A stretch of 51,843 nt of DNA, taken from NCBI RefSeq assembly GCF_001194135.2, contig NC_069003.1, forward strand, positions 31,096,905-31,148,747. The letters run 5' to 3'. The DNA is from Octopus bimaculoides (Eukaryota). The translations under genes were made by a program, and so were the position numbers. Positions 21,973-34,870 of the stretch are shown one piece after another. Under the pieces are notes generated by a model. The model did not search any database. It was given only the letters and a program-made list of their open reading frames with translations, and had not been told where the DNA came from. Position 1 is the stretch's first letter. Every line of letters starts with the position of its first letter.

Positions 21973-23039
21973 GTAAATGATGTACAAAAATAATAATAAT
22001 TATTATTGTTCTACTTGTATTTGTTTTGATATTAAGATTGAAAAAGTGAGCCTGCTTGTAAAAAAAAAACTTTGGACTTGTGTTTTCACTAGCTGAGCAA
22101 ATTTTGTTCCCACACATATAACTCCAAAAGAATGAAAGGTGAAGTTAACCTTGGTGGAATTTGAAAGATAGAGCTGATAGATATAGCAGCCAAATAACTC
22201 TCTAATCAACCTTGACATTTTCAAGGGAGAAAAGACACATTAGACGACTCATTGATACAATGTCTAAATAATAAAAAAAAAGATGGCGTAATCACAGCCA
22301 GGCACACCTTTGATGGTAAATATGCTTCATCAGGTCAGGCCTGTGGCTAAATAACAAGAAAATCAACGAAAACAACCAGGAATCAATACCAGATTGTTGA
22401 CGTATTACAAAAAAGAAAAAGAAAAAGAAAAAATACAAAAATAAAAGAATAAACAAATAACTTTTGAATGCAATATAAAAAAAAACATATATAAAATTAA
22501 GGAAAAAGTAACAAGCAAAAACTAGAACAAAAAAAATGCTAACAAAACAAAAATTGAACTTATTGATTTCAACATTAAACTACCAGTGATCGCAGGGGAA
22601 AATCTATGTGGGTGGATTGTTTCCGGAGCAACTACTAGTGGGGAGCGGAATGAGGAAGTGTAGAGGGTGGATGGGTGGTGTGAGTTAAACTTCAAAGAAC
22701 CTGTATGGGTGTTTGATTATAGGAAAACTGGAACAGCAAAAGAATTCATTGTTTTCCTAAGCAACTGATGTGTTAAAAGTAATGATAATAGTATAGAACA
22801 AAAAAAACAAAAACAATATATATATATATATCTGTGTGTGTGTGTGTGTGTGTGTGTGAGTATACACATATATTTACATATATATATACACACACATACA
22901 CACACACATATATGTACATACCCACATATATACGTATGCGAAGTGTAAATGTATATATATAGATATATATAAATGTTTACATGCTTCTACATCTCTCTCT
23001 CTCTCTCTTTCTCTCTAATTATATATAGTTATATAAATA

Positions 23040-23057
23040 TATATAACTGTGTGTGTG

Positions 23058-23137
<80 letters not shown>

Positions 23138-23205
23138 TGTACATATATGTGCATGCACACACACGCACACACACACACACACAAACACACACACATATAT
23201 GTATG

Positions 23206-23237
<32 letters not shown>

Positions 23238-23240
23238 CAG
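23040..23240. repeat. (TA)n/(CA)n microsatellite
   Basis: Long pure TA run at about 23062-23133. Confidence 0.95.
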
Positions 23241-23423
23241 TATATCAGTTTTTAGAATAGACACACCTGGATATCCCAAGAAACAGGTAAAAGGCTTGAT
23301 GGCAGAAAAGTACATCCAGCAATAAAACATTCTATCAAATCTGTGCCAGCAGGGAAGCGATGATGATGATGATGATGAAGACGAGGAGGAGGAGGACAAT
23401 GAGGACAATGTATATAAAGACAA

Positions 23424-23489
<66 letters not shown>

Positions 23490-23493
<4 letters not shown>

Positions 23494-23720
23494 TCTCGTT
23501 TAATCTTTACTTGTTTCAGTCATTAGACTACATCCCTCCTGGGGAACCTTCATGAAAAATATCAGTTAAGCAAATCAACACCAGTGCTTATATCTTTAAG
23601 TACTGGTACTTTATCTAGCAGTCTCTTTTGCTTAACCATTTAGTCACAGGGGTGTAAACAAACCAACACCAGTTGCTAAGCATTGGTAGGGGACAAACAC
23701 AGACACAAAGACACACACCT
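23490..23720 (-). mobile_element. SINE family A, 3' half (diverged)
   Basis: tttacttgtttcagtcattagact..tcttttgcttaaccatttagtcacaggggtgtaaaca. Confidence 0.7.
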
Positions 23721-24066
23721 TCACCACCACCAACACAATCAACACGATTACCACCACTACCACTGCTGCCAGCACCACAACCACCACCACCAACAACAGC
23801 ACAATCACTATCACTAGCACCAAATAACACCAAACTATTACCATCAACTATACTATCAATACCACCACCACCACCACCACTGCCAGCGCCACCACAACCA
23901 CCAATGTACTACCAATACTGTCAACAAGACCACCACTGTCAAAACCACCACCACCACCACTGCCACTACCACCACAACCTTCATCAACAAGATCATCATC
24001 AACACCACTACTACCAACAACAACACTATCAGCAATAACACTGCAATCACCACCACCACCACCACC
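23720..24066. repeat. Degenerate (CAC/ACC)n tract
   Basis: Source of the Pro/His-rich and poly-V ORFs. Confidence 0.9.
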
Positions 24067-24597
24067 AAGGGTTAATTCCCTCTGTTGATTCATTTAATAA
24101 CGATGTCGAAGAGGATCTTTATTCCATTCCAACTGTGATAACGGGAAGTGTCATATTATTGAAAGTTTAGTTTCAAATTCCTGTCTTGGAGTTTACATTT
24201 CTTACTTGCTTCCAATTTCAGAACAAATTCTTCATCTAAGGACACATACCAATCATTTGTGCTTTTTCTCTCTCNNNNNNNNNNNNNNNNNNNNNNNNNN
24301 NNNNNNNNNNNNNNNNNNNNNNNNNNNNNNNNNNNNNNNNNNNNNNNNNNNNNNNNNNNNNNNNNNNNNNNNNNNNNNNNNNNNNNNNNNNNNNNNNNNN
24401 NNNNNNNNNNNCCCACAACCTCATACACATGTTTTGTCTTTTTTTTCTGTTTTTTTTTTTGTTTTGTTCTTTGTGAAATTCCTGTTTTATTTTCTAAATT
24501 TGTTTTCTCCTGTTTTCTTTACACTATTTTTGTTTTTTCCCCCCTTTTTTTCCTCATCACGTTTTTGTTTTTCTTTGTTCTTAACATCTGAGAAAAA

Positions 24598-25341
24598 CGA
24601 AGGCGTCAGGCTGGCAGAATCATTAGCATGCCTGGAAAAATGCTAAACAGCATGTCATCTATCTTTACATTCTGAGTTCAAATTGTGCCAAGGTTGACTT
24701 TGCCTTTCATACTTTCAGGGTTGATAAAATAAGTACCAGATGACTACTGGGCTCAATGTAGTCAACTTACTTCCTCCCCCGAACTTGCTGGCTTTGTGTC
24801 AAAATTTGAGACCAATATTATTAAGAACCCCTTCAATTATTATTATGAACCCCTTCAATTATTATTATGAACCCCTTCCGTGCTTCCCTGATAAGGTGGC
24901 AGGCTGGCAGAATCGTTAACACACCAAGCAAAATGCTTAGTGGCATTTCGTCTGTCTACATGTTCTGAGCTCAAGTTTCCCTAAAGTCGATTTTGCCTTT
25001 CATCCGTTCCAAGTTGATAAAATAAGTACCAGTTGAGTACTGGTGGGGGTAGATGTAATCGACTTACTACCTCCCCTTCAAATTGCTGGCCTTGTGCCAA
25101 AATTTGAAATAGGTATTTGAATCTGATAAGGTGGTATGATGATTAGCACATCAGACAAAATGCTTAATGATATTTCATCCGTCTTTACATTCTGAGTTCA
25201 AAATACATCAAGGTTGATTTTGCCTTTCATCCCTTTGGGATCAGGGTTGATGAAATAAGAACCAATGGTTCACCCGGGTCCATGTAATCGATTTACACCC
25301 TCCCCCGAAATTGCTGGCCTTGTGCCAAAATTTAAAACCAA
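24598..25341 (+). mobile_element. Three head-to-tail SINE family B copies (24598-24820, 24891-25113, 25126-25341)
   Basis: Each has head, central domain and ttgtgccaaaattt..a tail; the third is flanked by tatttgaatctgat / tatttgattctgat. Confidence 0.85.
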
Positions 25342-25551
25342 TATTTGATTCTGATGATTGGGTATTTGAAAAAGTATAGATTTTACATATGTATAAAGAA
25401 ACTGAAGTCCCAGTATTTTTCAAATGAAGTAGCTTGTGATAGTTTATCTGCTGCAAATAAACTCTTTAGTGGCAGTCTTTTGGTAAAAGCCTATAACATA
25501 ATGAGTGAGTGTGTGACATTGTCTTTCACCTGTTCAATAGAGCTGAATAGT

Positions 25552-25657
<106 letters not shown>

Positions 25658-25688
25658 CATGACAGATGTCATGTACTAAACCGAATCA

Positions 25689-26625
25689 TTATCCTCTTTA
25701 ACTACAAAATTAAATTTCATGGTTATTCTAGTAATGATGTTACAGCCAAAGAAATGAAATTGGTATTTCCTGCAAGTCACGCTGTCTCAATAAACTTGAC
25801 ATATCTCAACAAAAAATACTTTCAAACATAACATTCTGCAACAAAAGGCAAAATTGTATGTAAAACTACTTTACACATTTAAGGATAATGAAATTTTGAG
25901 TGGATGTATCTGATTTCCACAGTAAAAGAGTTAAAATAAAAGTAGGAGACATTGGAGGATGTGGTCTTGAATTCAGTGTAACTGGAAAAAAAGCAGGGCG
26001 GTCAAAGCTGGAATGTCTTTGATTACAGGTTTCACAAGGTCCCTTGACCCTTTCACTGTGAAATTAAATTACTTGGTTATTCTAGTAATGATGTTAAATA
26101 TCTACACCCCTCCCCAAAAAATAGAATTGCTATTTCTAGCATGTCACAATGCCTCAGTAAACTTGATATGTCTCAACAGAAAATAGTTTCAAACATGACA
26201 TTCCTTAAGAAAAGACAGGTTGGTAAATAAGGGGTAATGAAATTTTGAGTGGAAATATCTAATTTCTGCAGTAAACAGGTTGTATTAAAACTAGGGGACA
26301 TTGGATAATGCGGTCCTGAATTCAGTGTGTCTGGAAAAAAAGTAGGACAGTCATGGTTGGAATGTCTTTGATTACAGGTTTGACAAGGTTCCTTGACCCT
26401 TTAACTGCAAAATTGAATTACATGGTTATTCCAGTATTTATGTTAAATATCTCCGCACAAAAATAGAATTGCTATTTCCTGCATGTCACAATGTCTCAGT
26501 AAACTTGATATATCTCAACAGAAAATACTTTCAAACATGACATTCCTTAAGAAAAGACAGGTTGGTAAATAAGGGGTGATGAAATTTTGAGTGGAAAAAA
26601 CTGATTTCTGCAGTAAAAGGGTTAA
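25689..26625. repeat. Tandem array, about 350-bp period: three piggyBac-like MITE copies separated by two family F fragments
   Basis: Units start at 25689, 26044 and 26393; MITE ends ttga/ttat-ccctttaactgc ... gcagtaaaaggg-ttaa; spacers contain ggtca..gctggaatgtctttgattacagg. Confidence 0.85.
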
Positions 26626-26975
26626 GCATCCTCTTGTCACTCTCCCTGTCAGAAATACAGTGAACCGCTGATTGAACTGTCAGATGCTATTGATCACCGA
26701 CTGCTATATAAGATGAATAAATAAAATATAACATGTTGTGGTTTCAAGATTTCAAACGACATCTCTTAACTGTTTGAAACACGAGGTTTATATTTATCAG
26801 CAGATGTATGAAGAATCCATATGTGTCAAAGAACAGGAGTCTAAAAACAGAGGGAGGGGAGAGGGGGAGAGAGGGAGAGGAGAGGGAGAGGAAGGGGAGA
26901 GAGGGAGGAAGGGGAGAGAGGGAGAAAGATATGAAGGACTGATGAAGTGAGCAAGAAAGAACACACACACACACC

Positions 26976-27010
<35 letters not shown>

Positions 27011-27011
27011 A

Positions 27012-27082
<71 letters not shown>

Positions 27083-27103
27083 TACACACACACAAGAATA
27101 CAG

Positions 27104-27158
<55 letters not shown>

Positions 27159-27771
27159 AAAACACGAACATTAGCACACAGACATAGACATACACATGAA
27201 TTCAATTGTTAATCTAATTGCAATTTTTCTCTAAACTTAAAACCTTTAATCCAATTCTAGGATTGAAAGGCAGTTAAAAGCCATATAAAGAATTTAGATT
27301 CAATTAAAGAAGTTAAAACTAACTTGAGATGCAACCAAAAAGAAAATAGAGAAAATACTTAATTTGATAATTTATTAGATATCCAAAACAACTTACTGTC
27401 CTTATTATTTGTGTGGTATATAAACAACCATCTTAGTTATACATACATATGTTTTATATATATACATATATGCATGAGGCTCTTTAAGATTCTCTGTAAG
27501 ATACTTTATATGTTTATATTTTCCATCTAAACAAAATGTCTTTTATGAGTGATGCTAAATGTTTTGCTTTTACATTTTTACTTTAATCTATATCTAACCG
27601 CTCAAGGAGAAACCGCTTCTAGCCACCTCTGATAGGCAGTCTCAACATTACATGTTCAGTTGCAGTTCAAGATGGAGTTTTAGTGGTAAAACAAACTGAG
27701 CACTCATAGTTCATACCTATTAACTTACACCAGGTGATGAAAACTCCTTGTGTATTCTATATATATATATC

Positions 27772-28055
27772 ATCATTGTTTAGCGTCCGTTTTCCATGTT
27801 AGCATGGGCTGGATGGTCTGACGGAGGAATGGCAAGCCAGGAGGCTGCACCAGGCTCCAATCTGATTTGGAGAGGTTTCTACAGCTGGATGCCCTTCCTA
27901 ACGCCAACCACTCCAAAAGTGTAGTGAGTGCTTTTTACATGTCACCAGCATGGGGGTGCCATTGAGGCAGAACTGGCATCAACCATGACTATGATTTCAC
28001 TTGAATCAACAGTGCTTCTCAAGCACAACATGTCACCCAGTGATTCAAGAGTACT
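27772..28055 (-). mobile_element. SINE family C
   Basis: catcattgtttagcgtccgttttccatgttagcatggg..ggatgcccttcctaacgccaaccactcc. Confidence 0.85.
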
Positions 28056-28090
28056 TTTAAATGATACACACACACACACACACACACACA

Positions 28091-28121
<31 letters not shown>

Positions 28122-28235
28122 CACAAGAATATAAGTGGAGTTTAAAAATTCACAACAGTTGTTTCAACAGCATTTTTATATTTAACATCATTAGTGGAAC
28201 AACAATGAAATTTAATTTTGCAGTTGAAGAACCAA

Positions 28236-28535
28236 GTCTGGCTGCCCATGGAAACCTTTGTATGCTGATGAACTTGTTCTTATAAGCAGAATGTGTTTAA
28301 GATTCGGAGAAGAAATTCCAGACATGAAAGCAGAACTTGGAATTGAATTGATTTAAAGTAAACTTAGCCAAGACTGAAGTTATAAATAGAAAAGAAGACA
28401 CCATCAGGAAAATGACCATACTCTGTAGGCAGCAAGAAGTAGAGGAAAACTGTATATAGTGTGCACACTGTAAATGATGGATGCACAAAAGGTGCATCAG
28501 GATCACAAGCAGGTTAACATTTTTACCAAATGTCA
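28236..28535 (+). mobile_element. Decayed LINE fragment, RT catalytic motif + downstream Cys-rich (PHD-like) motif, RTEX/RTE-like
   Basis: SGCPWKPLYADELVLI (YADD as YADE, 28261-28272); EKKFQT*KQNLELN*FKVNLAKTEV; CI*CAHCK*WMHKRC; matches the GCPWELLYADDLVL..LKVNxxKTK..CxxCxxWxHKRC pattern. Confidence 0.75.
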
Positions 28536-28609
28536 TTTGACTGCCCATCCGTATTGATGTGAATTCTTAAAAAAGCACTGAGAGTTACTGTCATAATGAA
28601 ACAAGCTGA

Positions 28610-28678
<69 letters not shown>

Positions 28679-28988
28679 AGTGTATTTAGCTTGCAAGTAA
28701 GTCTTGTCATGTAACTGGTTTCTGGTGAATGAAAGGTGGTATTTATAACAAAGATATAGTCGTTGAATTGGAAGAAAGAAAAGAAATGAATGTGAGTCAA
28801 TTGAAAAGTGTATCGAGAAAGTATTACGAAAATGTAAAAAGACGAATATATAAATGTGTATAAATATTGTTGAATACTGATAGGTGAATGCAGAATTATA
28901 TATCCATACATATATGCATATATCTATATCCATACATATATAAACTTTCATATATATATATATATATATATAGGTGTGTATGTATGTG

Positions 28989-29032
<44 letters not shown>

Positions 29033-29046
29033 TGTGTATGTATGTG

Positions 29047-29096
<50 letters not shown>

Positions 29097-29454
29097 TACT
29101 AGATATACATACACATATATACATGTATCCACACATATGCGAAAAAAAAAAAAAACAGTAATACCACTCTGTAGGTTGAACATTTTGTGTGTGGGCAATA
29201 ACCATTATCTGAATATCTACTTGCAATACATATATCCCAAGAAATATTTTTTCCATAATCTGTGGACATGATTATATATATATATTTATGTACATGATTT
29301 GTATGCACATATAAGTATGTATATTTGCATGTACATACACATATAATATATATTATTATATGTAATATATTTGATATTATGTATATGATTTGATATGATA
29401 TAATGTAATATAATATAAAATAGTATAATATGTGTATAATATATACATATGTAT

Positions 29455-29492
<38 letters not shown>

Positions 29493-29758
29493 TTTTTATA
29501 ATCTATTTTCTATCCAATAACATTTCAATCTAGCAAATCTAGTTATCAGGTAGATGCTATCTCATTTATTGAAGTGCAAGCAAAAGTATCTGTTACTCTC
29601 TAGCCATCTTATACATTCACATTTACATGTACTCATGCATGCATAAAGGTATATACACTCAAACACAACATATATATATATACACTTGTATCTGTTCACA
29701 CTGATATTTATATGGATATGTGACTGAGTGTACGTAGGTACAAAAATTGAATGTAGGT

Positions 29759-29793
<35 letters not shown>

Positions 29794-29809
29794 ATATAGN
29801 NNNNNNNNN

Positions 29810-29843
<34 letters not shown>

Positions 29844-29894
29844 ATATAGTCATAAATAAATATACATATTCTGTTGGAGGTATATGACATTTTT

Positions 29895-30362
29895 AGGTGC
29901 TGATGTGGCTGTGAGATAAAAAGCTTGCTTCCCAACTAGATGGTTCCAGCTTCAGTCCTATAATCTGGCAACAGGGCTAGTGTCTTCTACTATAGCTCTG
30001 AGCTGACCAAAGCCATATGAGTGGATTTGGCTGATGGAAACTGTGTGGAGGCCTATTGTGTATATATGTGTGTCTTTGTATGTGTCTTTGTGTGTGTCTT
30101 TGTGTGTGTCTGTGTGTACCTTTGTGTTCGTCCACCACCACTTGACAACATTAGAGTTTAGGTGATTGGTTTGGCTTGAGCACTCGTAAAAGCACCCACT
30201 ACACTCTCGGAGTGGTTGGCGTTAGGAAGGGCATCCAGCTGTAGAAACTCTGCCAAATCAGATTGGAGCCTGGTGTAGCCATCTGGTTCACCAGTCCTCA
30301 GTCAAATCATCCAACCCATGCTAGCATGGAAAGCAGACGTCAAACGATGCTGATGATGATGA
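29895..30362 (+). mobile_element. SINE family A 5' part (29895-30148) joined to family C 3' part (30175-30362)
   Basis: Head gtggctgtgagataaaaagcttgcttccc..; the C tail is low-divergence and ends gatgatgat. Confidence 0.75.
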
Positions 30363-30779
30363 TATATATATACACACAGACACACACAAACTCATATGAT
30401 GTATATATATCATAATACCATAGATTCTTAGATTTATATGCACTCATTCATACAAAAACAATTACATGGCGATCAAACATTAAATATCAAAATATTTAAA
30501 GACTGGTAAAATTGCATTATTTTATTTTTTTTTCCCCAAGATATCTATTCAATTTCTTTGATGACGTTTTTACAATGCTAATTGCTTTTTTCAATCCTAA
30601 AAGTTAAGATACTTGAATAATTTTTCACATACTTTGAGTGACAGTGAAATCAATATAATGATTGCCTGTTTTCATTAAATCCATGTAAATGTCTCTTAGA
30701 TAGCTCTCAATTCCACCTGTCTATGTTATTAACAAGCATGTCTTTTATCATTGGGAAAAATAGTTAAATAGCTATTGAT

Positions 30780-31830
30780 ATTCTCTGCGTCATCATCATC
30801 ATCAACATTCTCTTCATATTCATCATCATCATTATCCACCTCACATTATCCCCCCTCACCATTATCATCATCATCCTTATCATCTTCTTCATTATCATCG
30901 TCACCGTTATCGTCATCACCATTATCATTATAACCGTTATTATCATCGCCATAAACATCATCAAATCATCTCTTGCTGTGCTTATCATTATCATCATCAA
31001 TATTATAATTGCCACAATTATCATGACCATTATCAGACTCGTTATTAACATTATTATCATTAGCATTCAGGCGGTGAGCAAGCAATATTGTTAGCACATT
31101 GGATAAAATGCTTATCAGCACTTCATCTGTCTGCATGTTCTGAGTTCAAATCCTGGCAAGGTCCACTTTGCCTTTCATCCATTTGGGGGGGGGGGGTCAA
31201 TAAAATAAGTACCAGTTGAATACTGGGGCCAATGTAATTGACTAGCCCCTTCCCACAAAAGTCCAAACCTTGTGCTTGTTACAGAAAGGATTATTATCAT
31301 TAACAGTATCATAATTAGTCTCCTCATCATTATCATCACAATTGTTATCAACCATTACCATCATCATAATCACCATTATCATTCTCATCATCATAACCAA
31401 TGTCATCATTATCAACCTTATAATCATCGTTGTTGTCAGCATCACCATCACCATTGCCAATAGTGTCTACAGCACCTCAGGGCAAACCATGAGAGCTATG
31501 GAAAGGCATCCCTTCTTATCTCAAAACACAGTGCTCCTTGCCAGACCAGAAGCTGTATCTTTGCATCTGACTTTAGGTTAAGAAATCACATAAGTGTTCA
31601 GAGATGCTGATTGTTCAACGCAATCATCTTTCCCAGACTTGAAAGGCTCCTATTATTATCATTAATAATATCTATCCATTTCCAGCATAACCATCTTCAT
31701 CATCACCATTGTCATCACCACCAATATTATCAAAACCACTATCTTCATAACCCCCACCAGTATTATCATCTACACCACCCCCTTCATCATCCGCACTATT
31801 ATCGTCATCACTGCCATCATTGTCAACATT
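30780..31830. repeat. Degenerate (CAT/CAC)n tracts (30780-31060, 31290-31460, 31660-31830)
   Basis: Cryptic trinucleotide repeats. Confidence 0.9.
31068..31292 (+). mobile_element. SINE family B, full length, inserted in a (CAT/ATT) tract
   Basis: caggcggtgag..ctgagttcaaatcc..ctttgcctttcatcc..aataagtaccagttg..gaaaggatta. Confidence 0.8.
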
Positions 31831-32058
31831 ATGGCATTTATAATTACAAGTACAGTGTTTGACAGATCTTTGATATACATTTCTGCAAGCATGAAAGCTA
31901 AACCTTTCCAGTGAACTAAGTAGCTTGTTGGTAATGTGGGGCATCTCTCTACTTAAAGAGATGTATATCTCCTTAACTATTAAGTAGATGATGGTAGCAT
32001 GAACAACCAACTGAACAGGGTAGTGGACAATCAAGCCAAGAGGCTCTTTGTTCAATTA

Positions 32059-32494
32059 CAGTGTTTTCCAGCATACAATTGAAATATTTCAGACCAAAAT
32101 TTATAACCCCCCAAAAATGTAGGTGGACTTATACACCAAAATGGCTTTGGATGACCGAAAATTTGATGCAAAATGCAGGAGAATTTGGGAAAATAGTGTA
32201 AACTATATGTTTACACTATTATACTATGTTGACTTGTATGCTAGAAAATAATGTGTGTATGTGTTAACCAATGATAGAAACCTCTATATAGTTGTTAGAC
32301 CTGTTAGAAATTGAATTTTTCAGACCAAAATTTCCAGCCAATAAAAGTAACTTGACTGATATACCGAGACAACTTTGAAGGGTGAAAAGTTCCATTTAAA
32401 AATAGAATAGGATTTGAAAAGATAGTGTTGTTTGAACATTTACACTACATATTTACACTATATATTATGCTGACTTGTATGCTGGAAAATACAA
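32059..32494. mobile_element. Tc1/pogo-like MITE (32059-32253) plus a second partial copy (about 32310-32494)
   Basis: Left end TA|cagtgttttccagcatacaa; right ends ttgtatgctagaaaata and ttgtatgctggaaaatac..|TA; both copies contain tttcagaccaaaattt. Confidence 0.6.
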
Positions 32495-32859
32495 TATTCT
32501 CACAATAACTAACACTACATCATGTTCATTGTCAAAACATTAATTTGTTTCGTGACTATATTTCTTTTGAAACATACTGCTTATGCCAGCGGTTTCCAAC
32601 TTTTGCACAACCAAAGGCCTCTTTTATTATTTAGATTAATTTTCTGATTAGCTTCAGGCTTTTAAAAGGCTTGTTGTGCTCAACAAACTCACATACCTAT
32701 ACCTGCCCCAGGTTTGCAACTATAAGTCTTATTCTTTCAATTAATTTTGAAAGTAATCTAGGACTGGAAAAGAATAAAATTGTAAAATAACCAACTTTTT
32801 AATGTTGATTTCAAGTTTTCCACACGAAGCCAGAAAGTGATGGGAGGTGGAAGGCCTAA

Positions 32860-33410
32860 ATGGATGCTAGAATTGCAGATGCTGGCACAGTAATGTGCCA
32901 GTTTCAGCATTCATAGGTTGATAGCAAAGCCAAACTCGCTATCTTCAATTTGGTTTATGTGCCTAGTCTCACTTATGGTCATGAATGTTTGGTAAAGACT
33001 GAAAGAGTTTGATCACAAATGCAAATGGCTGAAATGGGGTTTCTCCCTAAAGGACCTCTGGTGTGATGTTACTCAACAAGATGCATAGATAAAAATCAGG
33101 AAATCCCTCCAGATCAAACAGCTACTTTTCTGTGTTGAGAGATCACAGCTCTGGTAACATATGATTCGAATGTTAGTGGAAAGTATTGTAAGAGACTTGG
33201 TGGGTAGATCAAGAGACCAGCAGGAGACTTAGGAGTAGACCAAGAACAAGATGGTTGGATAATATCCTTAGTCTCAGTTGGTCTAGTCAAGCTTGGGAAT
33301 TCAGCCAGAAAATGTAATGATGGTTGTTCCCTGTGGAAGAGGTGGCTGAGGACTCTTCCACCACAGACCTCCCAGTCAGAGTGGACAGAGGAAATGGGTG
33401 GATTGGATAT
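32860..33410 (+). mobile_element. Decayed RTE-clade LINE (Expander/REX3-like) C-terminus and 3' end
   Basis: MDARIADAGTVM..KAKLAIFNLVYVPSLTYGHECLVKTERV*SQMQMAEMGFL..ERSQL..RPRTRWLDNI; ends gaaatgggtggattggat like the (GGAT)n tails of this group. Confidence 0.8.
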
Positions 33411-33827
33411 TAAATTCAAGTACTTTATCTTGAGAGGCTTAGTATCATATCACAAGTGAGTTTGAATCACAATAGTCACTTTTTATTGGCTGAGTAGACA
33501 GCCAGTCTAAAAGATATCAAACAGTAGAAAAGGAGAAAACTAACGATGGTATCAACAAATATTAAGTACACAAAGCTTGTGAAGTGGAATAATTTATTTA
33601 TTGTCACCACATTATTTATTCCACATTGCAAATATTTTGAACTTGTGTCTAAGATAGGAATCAATATTACTTATTTTTAATGTATGAGGAAAATGTAGTG
33701 ATTAAATTAATAAATTACACTCCATTTCTGCACCTTTCAATCACAAAATAAGAACTTGTAGATGGAGAACAGGCAGAACTGTTAGCATGTCAGATGACAT
33801 ACTTTATTCCGGTACATAGCATTTATC

Positions 33828-34020
33828 ACTATCATCATCATCATCATTTGATGCCCATGTTCCATACTGGCGTGAGTTGGACAATTTGGCAAGGATCCAC
33901 TGAGTTGAAGAACTGCATTGTGCTCCAGTGTCTACTTTGGCACGGTTTCTGCAGCCAGATGCTCTACCTAATGCTAACCATTTTACATGTGCTTTTCTCA
34001 TGCTACCAACAAACACTATT
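33828..34020 (-). mobile_element. SINE family C (diverged)
   Basis: catcatcatttgatgcccatgttccatactggcgtgagttggac..agatgctctacctaatgctaacc. Confidence 0.65.
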
Positions 34021-34584
34021 GGGGTCACCATGTAGCTTGCAAGTCAACGAACCCAGGGCGGGAGGATGCTGCATTTGTATGCTACATGGGGGTTAAAGTA
34101 TGAGGGAAGAGGTTGGGGTGGAGCAGGTTCTTGTTGAAGAGGAGTTACGTGGCTCCTCACCTTCAGGAAAGAGAGTGATAATAAACTAAAGGTATCTTTA
34201 CAGAGACAGACAGTGGTGATGAGGTATCACAGAGGATCTCAGGTAACCAAGTTCAAATAGTGCGGAGGCCACTTACACCAGTAATCCTTCCAGGGCCGAT
34301 TAAGAAGTACCATCTGGTGTTGTGGAGTGGTAGAAATGTTAGAATATTAGACATGATATTCTAACATTCTCAGGGTATTTATTTTGGGGTTCTTTGTGTT
34401 TGGAGTTCAAATTTTGCTATGGAGTGGTATTATTTGTAATAATATTCATATCTCTTGTATACATATATATATATATATAAAAAAACAAATAGTAAATGAG
34501 TATATGCATATATACGTACAGGTATGTGCATACCGACATCCACCTGTATGTATAGGTGCATATCTGGGTACAGGACATTGCAAA

Positions 34585-34870
34585 CAAAACGTAGACGAGA
34601 AAACACACAAGCCACATAGAGAACATTCTACTTCATCAGCTACCCACATTTTAACACCGGCGTTTCGAAGAGCTTGGGCAGGACACATCGTTAAAACGGC
34701 TCATCCCATGGACCGCAGATTAAATTTGTATACGCAAATTAAATCTTGCCATGGAGGAATGTAGTGGCGGACAAAAAACAAGACAGGAAAACAAACAGAA
34801 AAGGCTTTACGGCCAGACAAGAAAAATTATGTGTGTATGAACGTTGTGACGAAGTAGGGACGAAGTGAGT
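34585..34870 (-). repeat. CpG-rich unclassified repeat, possibly PLE-terminus derived
   Basis: High CpG content; contains GAAACG and CUGAUGA on the minus strand. Family assignment is from recall only. Confidence 0.3.

Noticed and set aside
26650-26725. LIELSDAIDHRLLYKM resembling a LINE RT DLSKAFD..DH motif
   Set aside because: Too short, catalytic residues not conserved, no flanking support.
29761-29850. Direct duplication (TA)n-aagatatag on either side of a 10-N gap
   Set aside because: Typical unmerged contig overlap. The near-duplicate at 28972-29090 may also be a microsatellite assembly artefact.
31470-32055. Unique-looking ORFs (31342-31581 +, 31672-32055 -) as host exons
   Set aside because: They extend from trinucleotide tracts, lack paired splice signals and show no recognisable homology.
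34633-34673. Permuted (type II-like) hammerhead: GAAACG then CUGAUGA on the minus strand
   Set aside because: No NUH triplet and stem II does not pair in this copy.
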